This document shows, piece by piece, positions 1-10,346 of a DNA stretch of 64,000 nucleotides. Position 1 is the stretch's first letter, and each line of letters begins with the position of its first letter. Position numbers and translations under genes: made by a program. The notes under the pieces are model-generated. The model saw only the letters and a list, made by a program, of their open reading frames with translations. It had not been told where the DNA came from and did no database searches. The DNA is taken from the IMG/VR virus record IMGVR_UViG_3300025769_000069, one strand, 5' to 3'. The stretch is from a virus.

Positions 1-21
1 AAAAAGAAAAAATTATAGATC

Positions 22-1641
22 ATGAATGAGACCTATCTTGGCAACCCTAACGTTAAACGTGATGGTGTTGTTCAACAGTGGAATGAACATGAAGTTAAAG
101 AATACGCTAAATGTATGAACGATCCTGCATATTTTGCAAAAGAATATTGTAAGATCATATCCCTTGATGAAGGATTAGTTCCATTTGAACTTTATCCATA
201 TCAAGAAAAAATGTTCAACCACTTTAACACAAGTAGATTTAATATTGTATTAGCATGCCGGCAGTCTGGTAAATCCATTTCTTCGGTAGTATATTTGTTG
301 TGGTTTGCTATTTTTAACCCAGAAAAAACAATTGCTATCCTTGCGAACAAAGGAGCAACTGCTCGGGAAATGCTATCTCGAGTAACCATGACACTTGAGA
401 ATCTACCTTTCTTTTTACAACCAGGATGTAAAGCATTAAATAAAGGTTCTATAGAATTTAGTAATAACTCTCGTATTATTGCAGCTGCAACTTCTGGTAG
501 TTCTATTCGTGGTATGTCTGTTAACTTACTCTATCTTGACGAATTTGCTTTTGTTGAAAGAGCAGCTGAATTTTATACCTCAACATATCCAGTTATTTCT
601 TCAGGTAAAGACACTAAAATCATTATTACATCTACTGCAAATGGCATTGGTAATACATTTCAAAAGATATGGGAAGGTGCTGTTCAAAGAACAAATGATT
701 TTATTCCATTTAGAGTTGATTGGTGGGATGTTCCAGGACGCGATGAAAAATGGAAAGAAGAAACAATATCAAATACTTCTCAAATGCAATTTGATCAAGA
801 ATTTGGAAATACATTTTTCGGGACAGGCGATACATTAATATCTGGAAACACATTGCTTAATTTTAGAGCAAAACCACATTCTAATCTATTAGAAAATGAT
901 TCTTTATTTGTATATAAAGAACCAGAAAAAGATCATCAATATGTAATGACTGTAGATGTATCGAGGGGAAGAGGACAGGATTATTCAACTTTTAATTTGA
1001 TCGATATTAGCGTTCGCCCGTTTCAACAGGTTGCTGTATATCGCAACAACACTATCTCTCCATTACTCTTCCCTAATATTATATATAAGTACGCAAACTT
1101 ATATAATGAATCTATGGTAGTAATAGAATCTAATGATCAAGGCATGGTTGTCTGCAATGGTTTATATCATGATCTAGAGTATGAAAATATGTTTATTGAA
1201 TCAGCCATTAAAGCAAATGCTCTTGGAATTGAAATGACTCGTAAAGTAAAACGTATTGGATGTTCAGCAATTAAAGATATTCTAGAAGAAAATAAATTAG
1301 AAATTCACGATGAAAATACTATTATGGAAATATCTACTTTTGTTGCTAAAGGCCAATCCTTTGAAGCATCTGAAGGAAATCATGATGACTTAATGATGAA
1401 TTTAGTGTTATTTGGTTATTTTGCAACTGGAGATTATTTTAAGAACGTGACTGACATCAATTTAAAAGATATGATGTTTAAACAAAGAATGGCAGAAATT
1501 GAAGCAGATATGGTGCCATTTGGAGTTATAGATGATGGATTAGATGATATACCTATAGAACCAGAAGAAAGCCCATGGGCTCTAGATGTATTAGATCCGG
1601 ATGGAAACATAAGATTTGATCCAAAACACACCAATTTTTAA
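22..1641 (+). CDS. gp17: Terminase large subunit
   Basis: Walker A RQSGKS, Walker B LLYLDEFAF, C-terminal nuclease HDDLMM; T4-like synteny. Confidence 0.97.
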   Translation: MNETYLGNPNVKRDGVVQQWNEHEVKEYAKCMNDPAYFAKEYCKIISLDEGLVPFELYPYQEKMFNHFNTSRFNIVLACRQSGKSISSVVYLLWFAIFNPEKTIAILANKGATAREMLSRVTMTLENLPFFLQPGCKALNKGSIEFSNNSRIIAAATSGSSIRGMSVNLLYLDEFAFVERAAEFYTSTYPVISSGKDTKIIITSTANGIGNTFQKIWEGAVQRTNDFIPFRVDWWDVPGRDEKWKEETISNTSQMQFDQEFGNTFFGTGDTLISGNTLLNFRAKPHSNLLENDSLFVYKEPEKDHQYVMTVDVSRGRGQDYSTFNLIDISVRPFQQVAVYRNNTISPLLFPNIIYKYANLYNESMVVIESNDQGMVVCNGLYHDLEYENMFIESAIKANALGIEMTRKVKRIGCSAIKDILEENKLEIHDENTIMEISTFVAKGQSFEASEGNHDDLMMNLVLFGYFATGDYFKNVTDINLKDMMFKQRMAEIEADMVPFGVIDDGLDDIPIEPEESPWALDVLDPDGNIRFDPKHTNF

Positions 1642-1645
1642 TTAT

Positions 1646-1653
1646 TATAAATA
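1646..1653 (+). promoter_or_regulatory. T4-type late promoter
   Basis: Intergenic TATAAATA before gp18. Confidence 0.85.
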
Positions 1654-1718
1654 ATACTAATTGAATATCACCGTATTATGTTCACTTATAATTGGATCAC
1701 TGGAAAAGGAAAACAAAC

Positions 1719-3344
1719 ATGGCAGTAGGCGTACCTTCCGAATCGCCAGCAATTATCATAAAGGAAGTAGATCTAACAGGCGGGGTGCCTAATGTTCAAT
1801 CTACAACTGGAGGATACGCTGGAAAATTTCGTTGGGGACCTGTCGGTAAAGCTACTAAAATCAGTAAAGAAACTGAACTAGCTTCTACTTTCGGGGCACC
1901 TGATGACACACATACAGCCGACTTTCATTCGGCTGCATATTTTTTAAAATATTCTAATGCTTTACAAGTCGTTCGCACATTAGGAGATAGCTCATCTAAT
2001 GCTACAGCAGGATTAAATGTTGGTAGCTATGATTCAGCGGACTTTATCAAAAACGCAGATCACTGGGAAGGCTTATCAGGCCTTAGTAATTGGGTTGCAA
2101 AATATCCAGGAGATATTGGCAACAGCTTGAAGTACGTAGTTATCAACAATAGTGGATGGGCTGCAGCAAATGCAACTTGGAAAGCAGAATTTGATGGACA
2201 ACCTAATACAGGTGAAGTTCACGTACTAGTCGTAGACGAAGATGGCGTGATCACTGGAACATCAAATTCAGCTCTAGAAAGATTTGCATATCTATCTACA
2301 ACTTCAACAGCAACAAACGCAGATGGTTCTACAAACTATGCAAAATCTGTAATTAATGATCGATCAGAATATCTATGGTATAATGGTTCATCTTTCGCAG
2401 ATGCATCAGATTCAGCATCTCTTGCATGGGGTAGATCTACATACAACTCCCCAGTAAGTGAAGCTCTAGCAGGATTTGATAAGTTTGAAGATAAAGATAC
2501 AATTGAACTAGATTTCTTGATTGCTCCTGGTATGAGCAATTCAACAGATCAGCGCACAGTTGTTAATGATCTTGTTACTACAGCATCTTCTACTAGAAAA
2601 GATTGTGTTGTTGTTACATCACCATCAAGCGCATCAGTAGTTAATAATAACACACCTGTGACTAATACAGTAACAGAAGCCGGTGGATATACTTACACTT
2701 CTTATCTAGTTGTAGATAACAACTGGTTAAAAGTATATGATAAGTACAATGATAAGTACATCAATATTCCAGCCGCATCTTCAACAGCAGGTATTATGGC
2801 TGCATCTGATGCTAACACAGCTCCTTGGTATTCACCAGCTGGAGCACGCCGTGGTGCATATCTAGGTATTACAAACCTAGCATACACACCAACAAAAGCA
2901 GAAAGAGACACTCTATATAAAGCAGGGATTAACCCAGTTGCTAATCTTCCTGGACAAGGAGTTCTATTGTTTGGCGATAAAACTCATATGAACAGACCAT
3001 CAGCATTCGATCGTATTAATGTACGTCGTTTGTTCTTGGTAATAGAAAGAGCAATTGCTCTAGCAGCAAGGAACACAATGTTCGAATTCAATGATGAGTT
3101 TACAAGAGCAGAATTTGTAAGCATCGTTGAGCCATTCTTGAGAGAAGTAAAAGGACGTAGAGGTATTACTGACTTCCGTGTCGTTTGTGATACTACAAAC
3201 AATACACCAGCAGTAATCGACAGAAATGAATTTGTTGCTAACATCTTCATCAAACCAGCTCGTTCTATTAACTACATTACTCTCAACTTTGTAGCTGTTA
3301 GAACCGGGGTCGATTTCGAAGAAGTCGCCGGTATTCAGGTATAA
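1719..3344 (+). CDS. gp18: Tail sheath protein
   Basis: SPAIIIKEVDLT, GKFRWGP, PWYSPAG, DRINVRRLF, FIKPARSINYI; ATG 1719 follows an AGGA SD. Confidence 0.96.
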   Translation: MAVGVPSESPAIIIKEVDLTGGVPNVQSTTGGYAGKFRWGPVGKATKISKETELASTFGAPDDTHTADFHSAAYFLKYSNALQVVRTLGDSSSNATAGLNVGSYDSADFIKNADHWEGLSGLSNWVAKYPGDIGNSLKYVVINNSGWAAANATWKAEFDGQPNTGEVHVLVVDEDGVITGTSNSALERFAYLSTTSTATNADGSTNYAKSVINDRSEYLWYNGSSFADASDSASLAWGRSTYNSPVSEALAGFDKFEDKDTIELDFLIAPGMSNSTDQRTVVNDLVTTASSTRKDCVVVTSPSSASVVNNNTPVTNTVTEAGGYTYTSYLVVDNNWLKVYDKYNDKYINIPAASSTAGIMAASDANTAPWYSPAGARRGAYLGITNLAYTPTKAERDTLYKAGINPVANLPGQGVLLFGDKTHMNRPSAFDRINVRRLFLVIERAIALAARNTMFEFNDEFTRAEFVSIVEPFLREVKGRRGITDFRVVCDTTNNTPAVIDRNEFVANIFIKPARSINYITLNFVAVRTGVDFEEVAGIQV

Positions 3345-3355
3345 GGAGATAAAAA

Positions 3356-3883
3356 ATGGCAGTTTTAGGCGTTGATGATTTCAAAGCAAAACTTCGTGGA
3401 GGTGGCGCGCGCCCTAATTTATTTAAGGCGACTATCACTTATCCAGGATATGCTGGAGGAGATGTAGAAACCACATCATTTTTATGTGAAGCAGCTCAAT
3501 TACCTGCATCTACAGTTGGTACAATTATTGTTCCTTTCCGTGGAAGACAGTTAAAAATGGCTGGAGACCGTACTTTTGATACATGGACTCCAACAATTAT
3601 AAATGATACAAACTTTCAAGTTCGTAACGCAATGGAACGTTGGATGAATGGTATGAATGCACATAGTGCAAATACTGGTCTAACTAATCCTATTGATTAC
3701 GAAAAGGATCTGTATGTTGAGCAGCTGGATAAAGATGGAAGCACTTTGAAAACTTATGTTTTCAAAGGTTGTTTCCCAACAGCACTTTCTCCTATTGATC
3801 TTGCATATTCAACAGAAAATGATATTGAAAGATTCACTGTTGAGTTCCAAGTACAATACTGGGAAGCAAGTACTACTTCATAA
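3356..3883 (+). CDS. gp19: Tail tube protein
   Basis: GGARPNLF, PFRGRQLKMAGDRTF; follows the sheath gene. Confidence 0.95.
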   Translation: MAVLGVDDFKAKLRGGGARPNLFKATITYPGYAGGDVETTSFLCEAAQLPASTVGTIIVPFRGRQLKMAGDRTFDTWTPTIINDTNFQVRNAMERWMNGMNAHSANTGLTNPIDYEKDLYVEQLDKDGSTLKTYVFKGCFPTALSPIDLAYSTENDIERFTVEFQVQYWEASTTS

Positions 3884-3887
3884 GTAG

Positions 3888-3895
3888 TATAAATA
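3888..3895 (+). promoter_or_regulatory. T4-type late promoter
   Basis: TATAAATA before the portal gene. Confidence 0.8.
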
Positions 3896-3904
3896 ATATT
3901 TAAA

Positions 3905-3925
3905 AGAGGGGCTAACGGCCCCTCT
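3905..3925. terminator. GC-rich hairpin (terminator or mRNA-stabilising stem)
   Basis: AGAGGGGC-TAACG-GCCCCTCT; no U-tract on the + strand. Confidence 0.5.
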
Positions 3926-3947
3926 AAACTAATTAGGAATTCCTTTT

Positions 3948-5456
3948 ATGGCTGATAATAGTTTTAAATTATTTGGTTTTGAAATAAAAAGAGCTAAAAA
4001 AGTAAGTAATGACCTATTACCATCTGTTGTTCCACCATTGGATCAAGATGGTGCTGGATACGTAACTGCTGCCGGAGCTCACTATGGCACATATGTTGAT
4101 GTAGATGGTGATAAAACCATAAAAGATGAAAGACAATTAATTCTTCAATATAGAGCCGTGGCTACTCATCCAGAAGTTGATGCTGCTGTGGAAGATATTG
4201 TTAATGAATCAGTTTCTTCTTCTCAAGAAGAACAATCTGTGGCTATAGTTTTAGATAAAGTTGAAATTCCAGATAATATTAAAAAAACTATTACTGATGA
4301 ATTTGATAACATTTATAGTTTGTGCCAATTTGCTGAACAAGGACATGATATGTTCAAGCGTTGGTATGTTGATGGAAGAATGTATCATCATTTAGTTATA
4401 GATGAAAAGAATCCAAAAGCTGGAATTCAGGAGATTAGACCTATTGATGCATCTAAAATTCGTAAAGTCAAACAAATTCAAAAAGAAAAAGATCCAAATA
4501 CTGGAATTTCTATTATTAAAAATGTTGACGAATTTTATATCTATCAAGAAAAACCAGGAGCTCAAACTCAAGGTGTAAAACTTTCAAATGATTCTGTTTC
4601 TTATGTAACTTCAGGTCTATTAGATGAACATAGAAAAAGAGTTGTTTCTCATTTACATAAAGCATTAAAACCAATTAACCAACTACGTATGATGGAAGAC
4701 TCTCTTGTCATTTATAGACTAGCTAGAGCACCTGAACGTAGAATTTTCTATATTGATGTTGGTAATTTGCCAAAAGGCAAGTCTGAAGAATATATGAAAA
4801 ATATTATGGCCAAGTACCGTAATAAATTAGTTTATGATGCGTCCACTGGCGCAATCCGCGATGATCGTAAACATATGTCTATGTTAGAAGATTTCTGGCT
4901 TCCAAGACGTGAAGGTGGTAGAGGTACTGAAATTTCTACACTTCCAGGAGGTGAGAACCTAGGGCAGATTGATGATATTCTTTACTTCCAAAAACGCCTA
5001 TATAGATCTTTAAATGTTCCAATTTCCAGACTAGAACAAGATCAAGCCGCAAACTTTTTAGGTAGATCAACAGAAATTAATCGTGATGAGCTTAAATTCC
5101 AAAAGTTTATTGACCGTTTAAGAGCTCGTTTTAATCATTTCTTTTATAATATTCTTAAGAAACAACTTATTCTTAAAGGTATTATCACAGAAGATGATTG
5201 GAAAGAATGGGCAAATGATATTGCAGTTGATTATATAAAAGATAATCACTTTACAGAATTAAGAGATGCTGAACTTCTTCAAGGTAAGTTACAATTACTT
5301 GATCAAGTACAACAATATGTTGGCGAATATTATTCGAAAGAATGGATCATGAAAAACGTGTTGCAATTTGATGATGATGATATTAAGCAAATGAAAGATC
5401 AAATAGCAGATGAACAAAAAAGCGGTGAAATTCCATCGCCTGAACAAATGCAATAG
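3948..5456 (+). CDS. gp20: Portal vertex protein
   Basis: YRLARAPERRIFYIDVGNLP, EDFWLPRREGGRGTEI. Confidence 0.97.
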   Translation: MADNSFKLFGFEIKRAKKVSNDLLPSVVPPLDQDGAGYVTAAGAHYGTYVDVDGDKTIKDERQLILQYRAVATHPEVDAAVEDIVNESVSSSQEEQSVAIVLDKVEIPDNIKKTITDEFDNIYSLCQFAEQGHDMFKRWYVDGRMYHHLVIDEKNPKAGIQEIRPIDASKIRKVKQIQKEKDPNTGISIIKNVDEFYIYQEKPGAQTQGVKLSNDSVSYVTSGLLDEHRKRVVSHLHKALKPINQLRMMEDSLVIYRLARAPERRIFYIDVGNLPKGKSEEYMKNIMAKYRNKLVYDASTGAIRDDRKHMSMLEDFWLPRREGGRGTEISTLPGGENLGQIDDILYFQKRLYRSLNVPISRLEQDQAANFLGRSTEINRDELKFQKFIDRLRARFNHFFYNILKKQLILKGIITEDDWKEWANDIAVDYIKDNHFTELRDAELLQGKLQLLDQVQQYVGEYYSKEWIMKNVLQFDDDDIKQMKDQIADEQKSGEIPSPEQMQ

Positions 5457-5467
5457 GAGAAACAGTG

Positions 5468-5803
5468 ATGAGTGATATTGAAACAATGATTGATTTGGCA
5501 GCAAAACAAGATTTTGCATCTGCTAATAATGTATTTAACGAGTTAATTCAACAAAGAATGGTTGATGCATTAGATCAAGAAAAAGTTGCTTTGGCATCAG
5601 ATATTTTTAATAATGAACCAGAAGATGAAGAACAACTAGAATTAGATCTGGAAGATAAAGATGAAGATACAGATGATATTGAAGATGATGAAGAGCTTAC
5701 AGAATATGAATTTGGTACCGATGAGGATTTTGAAGAGATTCAAGATATGAATCAAGAAGGTAAGATTCAAGCTGAGATGATACGTTTAGGATATAAAGAA
5801 TAA
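5468..5803 (+). CDS. Acidic prohead core protein (gp67-like)
   Basis: Very acidic small ORF right after the portal gene, as in T4-like synteny. Confidence 0.65.
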   Translation: MSDIETMIDLAAKQDFASANNVFNELIQQRMVDALDQEKVALASDIFNNEPEDEEQLELDLEDKDEDTDDIEDDEELTEYEFGTDEDFEEIQDMNQEGKIQAEMIRLGYKE

Positions 5804-5827
5804 ATTTATTTTACAAATTTGAAATGT

Positions 5828-5835
5828 TATAAATA
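5828..5835 (+). promoter_or_regulatory. T4-type late promoter
   Basis: Intergenic TATAAATA. Confidence 0.85.
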
Positions 5836-5856
5836 AATTCAAATGAAAGAATATAA

Positions 5857-6042
5857 ATGAAAACTTTTAGTCAAATACGTGAAAATTCTAAGAAAATGAA
5901 AATCGGTCGGATACCGGTTGAGATTAAAAAGAATAAAAATATGTATGATGTTTTCATTGATGGCGATAAGCTAGACAAATATAAGTCTGAAGCTGAAGCT
6001 ATGAAAATGGCGAAAGAATTCGTCAAACAATATAAAGGTTAA
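5857..6042 (+). CDS. Small basic head-associated protein (gp68 position)
   Basis: N-terminus MKTFSQIRE resembles the T4 capsid-targeting sequence; lies just before gp21. Confidence 0.6.
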   Translation: MKTFSQIRENSKKMKIGRIPVEIKKNKNMYDVFIDGDKLDKYKSEAEAMKMAKEFVKQYKG

Positions 6043-6046
6043 AAAC

Positions 6047-6703
6047 ATGAAGCTGATTGCAGAATATACAGATCAAAGCATAGAGTGTATTGTCGAAGCC
6101 AAAGAAGGCGGCGGTAAAAATCATTTTATTGAAGGCATCTTTATGCAATCAGAAGCAAAGAATAGAAATGGACGTATTTATCCAAAGCAGATCATGGAAT
6201 CAGCCGTTGATAAATATGTCACTGAACAGGTTTCCAAGAACAGAGCGGTTGGTGAATTAAATCACCCAGACGGACCGACTGTTAACTTGGATAAAGTATC
6301 CCATAAAATCACAGCTCTTGAATGGAAGGGCAATGATGTTATTGGGAAGGCACAAGTATTGGATACTCCAATGGGTAATATCGTAAAAGGTTTGCTTGAA
6401 GGTGGTGTTCAATTAGGTGTCTCAACTCGTGGTATGGGTAGCCTTGAGGAACGTAACGGAACAATGTACGTCAAAGATGACTTTATTCTTAATACAGTTG
6501 ATATTGTACAAGATCCATCTGCACCAACAGCTTTTGTTAATGGTATTATGGAAGGTGTTGAGTGGATCTGGAATAATGGCATTATTGAACCTCAAGTAAT
6601 TGAAAAAATGGAGACTGAAATTAAAGGCGCTCCACGTTCTGATCTCTATGAGACTCAGACTCGTGAGTTCAAGAATTTCCTCTCGTTATTGAAAAGATCA
6701 TAA
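6047..6703 (+). CDS. gp21: Prohead protease
   Basis: NRNGRIYP, GELNHP, GVSTRGMGSL, DIVQDPSAP. Confidence 0.96.
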   Translation: MKLIAEYTDQSIECIVEAKEGGGKNHFIEGIFMQSEAKNRNGRIYPKQIMESAVDKYVTEQVSKNRAVGELNHPDGPTVNLDKVSHKITALEWKGNDVIGKAQVLDTPMGNIVKGLLEGGVQLGVSTRGMGSLEERNGTMYVKDDFILNTVDIVQDPSAPTAFVNGIMEGVEWIWNNGIIEPQVIEKMETEIKGAPRSDLYETQTREFKNFLSLLKRS

Positions 6704-6709
6704 TTAGGA

Positions 6710-7666
6710 GTGTCAAACATGACTGATCAAATCGAAGATCTGGATGTAGAGCTCGACGAGGAAATCGAAGAAGCTCATGATCCAAAAAATGCAGAGCAAC
6801 AATCAGTAGCATCTGTATCAGCTGCCGAAGATAAAGGACCAAAGGCGCCTAAGCGTCGTGGTGATAAAGACGGTGGCGACAAAAAACCAATCCCTGCGGC
6901 AACAAAAGCAGTTGCAGCTAAAGCAGAGTCCGTTGAATTTGATGGAGACTTTAGTGAAGACTTAAATGCTTTGGTTGAATCTGAGGCAACACTCAGCGAT
7001 GAGTTCAAAGCCAAAACAGCTGTAATCTTTGAAGCTGCAGTAAAATCAAAACTTTCTGAGGAAATTAATCGTTTGGAAGAAGAGTATAAAACTCAACTAG
7101 ACGAAGAAGTTGCTTCTATTAAAGAAGACCTCGTAGAGAAAGTTGATGGCTACCTCAACTATGTTGTTGAGAATTGGATGGAAGACAATAAACTAGCGAT
7201 TCAATCTGGACTACGTTCAGAAATCGCAGAAGACTTTATGAGTAAGTTGAAAGACCTATTCACAGAGTCTTATATTGAAGTTCCTGAATCCAAAGTCGAC
7301 CTAATTGACGAACTAGCAACTGCTCATGAAGAACTAGAAGAAGAATATAATGAAGTAGTAGCAACAGTAATGGGCTTGAATGAAGAGCTAGAAGGTTATA
7401 AGCGCGAGGCGATTATCCGCGAAGCGTCTAAAGATCTAGCAGAAACTCAAGTTGCAAAACTTAAGTCATTGGTAGAAAGTATTGATTTTGAAGATGAAGA
7501 AGCTTTTACATCGAAAGTTGCAACCATTAAAGAATCATATTTCAAAAAGCAAACAACTGAGTCAGTTATTGTAGATGAAGCAGATGAAGATGGTGAATCC
7601 ATCCAAGAAGAAGTTTCAGATACTATGGCACAGTATATCGCGGCTATCCGCAAAGCAAAACATTAA
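6710..7666 (+). CDS. gp22: Prohead core scaffold protein
   Basis: Acidic coiled coil, IFEAAV, VDGYLNYVVENW; between gp21 and gp23. Confidence 0.92.
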   Translation: MSNMTDQIEDLDVELDEEIEEAHDPKNAEQQSVASVSAAEDKGPKAPKRRGDKDGGDKKPIPAATKAVAAKAESVEFDGDFSEDLNALVESEATLSDEFKAKTAVIFEAAVKSKLSEEINRLEEEYKTQLDEEVASIKEDLVEKVDGYLNYVVENWMEDNKLAIQSGLRSEIAEDFMSKLKDLFTESYIEVPESKVDLIDELATAHEELEEEYNEVVATVMGLNEELEGYKREAIIREASKDLAETQVAKLKSLVESIDFEDEEAFTSKVATIKESYFKKQTTESVIVDEADEDGESIQEEVSDTMAQYIAAIRKAKH

Positions 7667-7681
7667 TTAGGAGATCCAATT

Positions 7682-8998
7682 ATGGAAACTTACGACCGTC
7701 TCGTCGAAAAGTGGTCTCCAGTACTGAACGAATCTGCAGCTGGCGACATTAAAGATGCTCACCGTAAAGCTGTTACTGCAGTTGTACTAGAGAACACAGA
7801 AAAAGCTCTTCGTGAAGAGCGCTCACAAATGAACTTCTTGTCAGAAGCACCAGCAACATCTGTTGGTAACTCTTCTGTACAAAACTGGGATCCAGTTCTG
7901 ATTTCCCTTGTACGTCGTTCAATGCCAAACATGATGGCATACGATGTATGTGGTGTTCAGCCAATGACTGGCCCAACAGGCTTGATCTTCGCAATGAAGT
8001 CACGCTATGGCACAGGTACAACTGGTGCAACTGAAGCGTTGTTCAACGAAGCAGACACTACACAAGCTGGTGATTCTGCAGGTTCACAAAGTGCTGATCC
8101 ATCAGGTCTATCTGGCTTGACAGACTCAAACGGTGACTCTTCGATCGACAACGATCGCGGTTCAAACCCAACATTCGCAACTGGTATGACAACTGCTAAT
8201 GCAGAACTTTCAGGCGCGTTCCGTAACATGGGTTTCACCATTGAGAAACAAACTGTGACTGCAAAATCACGTGCGTTGAAAGCAGAATACAGCCTAGAAC
8301 TAGCACAAGACTTGAAAGCGATCCACGGTTTGGACGCAGAGACAGAATTGTCAAACATTCTGTCAACAGAGATCTTGGCTGAAATCAACCGTGAAGTAAT
8401 TCGTACAATTAACTCACAAGCGAAAACTGGTGCTGGTACAGCTAACACAGCAATCAACGGTATCTTCGATCTATCAACAGATGCTGATGGCCGCTGGTCA
8501 GTTGAAAAATTCAAAGGTCTATTGGTTCAACTAGACCGTGAAGCAAACCAAATTGCAAAAGATACACGTCGTGGTAAAGGTAACTTTGTTATCTGTTCTT
8601 CTGATGTTGCTTCTGCATTGGCAGCTTCTGGTGCTCTAGACTACGCACCTGCGCTTTCAACTAACTTGAACGTTGATGACACAGGCAACACATTTGCTGG
8701 TGTTCTTAATGGCCGCATCAAAGTATACATCGACCCATATGCAACAGCAGATTATATCACTGTTGGATATAAAGGTTCTAACCCATACGATGCTGGTGTC
8801 TTCTACTGCCCATACGTACCACTAACAATGGTTCGTGCAGTTGGTGAGAACGACTTCCAACCAAAAATCGGATTCAAAACTCGTTACGGCATGGCTGCAA
8901 ACCCATTCGTACCTGGTGCGATTTCGAACAATGGTCTTGGAAATGCTCGCGCAAACCAATACTACCGCATCTTCCGTGTGGACAACATCCTACAATAA
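7682..8998 (+). CDS. gp23: Major capsid protein
   Basis: GVQPMTGPTGLIFAM, ELAQDLKAIHGLDAE, FQPKIGFKTRYG. Confidence 0.98.
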   Translation: METYDRLVEKWSPVLNESAAGDIKDAHRKAVTAVVLENTEKALREERSQMNFLSEAPATSVGNSSVQNWDPVLISLVRRSMPNMMAYDVCGVQPMTGPTGLIFAMKSRYGTGTTGATEALFNEADTTQAGDSAGSQSADPSGLSGLTDSNGDSSIDNDRGSNPTFATGMTTANAELSGAFRNMGFTIEKQTVTAKSRALKAEYSLELAQDLKAIHGLDAETELSNILSTEILAEINREVIRTINSQAKTGAGTANTAINGIFDLSTDADGRWSVEKFKGLLVQLDREANQIAKDTRRGKGNFVICSSDVASALAASGALDYAPALSTNLNVDDTGNTFAGVLNGRIKVYIDPYATADYITVGYKGSNPYDAGVFYCPYVPLTMVRAVGENDFQPKIGFKTRYGMAANPFVPGAISNNGLGNARANQYYRIFRVDNILQ

Positions 8999-9053
8999 GA
9001 GATATAAAAAAGGAGGGGAATCAACCCCTCCAATCTATCTTCTTGTTACAACT

Positions 9054-9078
9054 AGGGGCTTTTCAAGCCCCTTTTTTT
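9054..9078 (+). terminator. Rho-independent terminator after gp23
   Basis: AGGGGCT-TTTCA-AGCCCCT followed by a T-run. Confidence 0.85.
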
Positions 9079-9739
9079 ATAAATTTGATGGGCGCTTTGG
9101 TTTTGACAGTGCTTCTTTATTAACGCCTTTAGACGTTTCAATCATTAGTTCTGGCACGTGAGGACGATATCCATATTCATGCGCTGGTTGACAAATCATG
9201 CCATCATCAGTGCATAAACTAAGCCATCCTGTAATAATATATTTTATGGTTGTTTCAGATACTACACCAACGTGAGGATGAGTATACTCGCACGGCCATA
9301 ATACTGTTTTACCTCTTTTTGCTTCTGTAACTAAATCTTGAAAAGGAAAACTTGTTCCACCATCAGGTACGTCATTCAAATAAGTCATAACAGTTACACA
9401 TCTAGATGAATACAATCCATTTCTTTCATAATGAATTTGTTTAAAACCCTGACCCGGCTCATATTTTTGTAAATTTAAAGCTTCTAATACAACTGAATTT
9501 AAATGAAATTCTTGAGCATACTCATAAGTCATGTTTCCTATTTCTTCGATGTATTTTTTATAAACTTTAGTAAAGAGATGACCATTGAAAGGTGCGTCCA
9601 AACTGTCTTTTACTTCAGGTCTAATTTCTTCTCCAGATTCACCTGGTGTTTTCCAGCACACATCACTTTCAAATATTTTTATAGCGTCATCGCATATGGT
9701 TGGATCTTTTAACTGATATTCTCTAATGCAATTTTCCAT
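9077..9739 (-). CDS. 2OG-Fe(II) oxygenase (prolyl-4-hydroxylase-like)
   Basis: LQKYEPGQ..HYE, MTYLNDVPDGGT, HPHVG, KYIITGW. Confidence 0.85.
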   Translation of the reverse strand: MENCIREYQLKDPTICDDAIKIFESDVCWKTPGESGEEIRPEVKDSLDAPFNGHLFTKVYKKYIEEIGNMTYEYAQEFHLNSVVLEALNLQKYEPGQGFKQIHYERNGLYSSRCVTVMTYLNDVPDGGTSFPFQDLVTEAKRGKTVLWPCEYTHPHVGVVSETTIKYIITGWLSLCTDDGMICQPAHEYGYRPHVPELMIETSKGVNKEALSKPKRPSNL

Positions 9740-9750
9740 ATTTTACCTCA

Positions 9751-9758
9751 TATAAATA
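9751..9758 (+). promoter_or_regulatory. T4-type late promoter
   Basis: TATAAATA before the gp3-like gene. Confidence 0.85.
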
Positions 9759-9783
9759 TAACTAAATCCTTTGGAGATTATTT

Positions 9784-10329
9784 ATGCCAGAATTAAATCC
9801 TGATATAAGCATTGCTGTTAGCTCTACAGTTTCTACGAGCAATCTAAATAATTTAAACTTGCTACAGCCTAATGCTTTTAAGTTAATAATTGATAGAAAG
9901 AACTTTAAAAATTTAGAGTTCTTTGCTCAAACTGTTCTTCATCCAGATGTTCAAACAACTCCAGCTGATGTTCCATTTAGAAGAGTAACATCTTTACCTA
10001 TGGCTGCTGACAAATACACATTCGGTGAAATGACAGCTATGATTATCTTAGACGAAAATCTAAACTCGTATACTGAAATGTATAATTGGGTAACTAGAAT
10101 TGTTGAAACAAATAATATCCCTCCATCTAAGAGAGATGAAAACGTTCCTCCAACTTATTCTGATATAACTTTACATATCCTATCTAGCCATAATAATACA
10201 GTCAGAAAAATTAAATATATAGATTGTATACCAACTGGATTAGGTAATATACAATTAGAAGCTACTAGTGGTGAAAACGTAATTACATATCCAGCAACAT
10301 TTAGATTTTCTTATTTTGAACTTGAATAA
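9784..10329 (+). CDS. gp3: Tail completion / sheath stabiliser
   Basis: Tube-like motifs (FFAQTV, LDENLNSYTEMYNW, ATFRFSYF); position before uvsY. Confidence 0.8.
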   Translation: MPELNPDISIAVSSTVSTSNLNNLNLLQPNAFKLIIDRKNFKNLEFFAQTVLHPDVQTTPADVPFRRVTSLPMAADKYTFGEMTAMIILDENLNSYTEMYNWVTRIVETNNIPPSKRDENVPPTYSDITLHILSSHNNTVRKIKYIDCIPTGLGNIQLEATSGENVITYPATFRFSYFELE

Positions 10330-10346
10330 TTTAAGGATTTTATATT

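Noticed and set aside
8005-8514. Long antisense ORFs over gp23 and other core genes
   Set aside because: Expected shadow of biased codon use in highly expressed genes; no SD or promoter.
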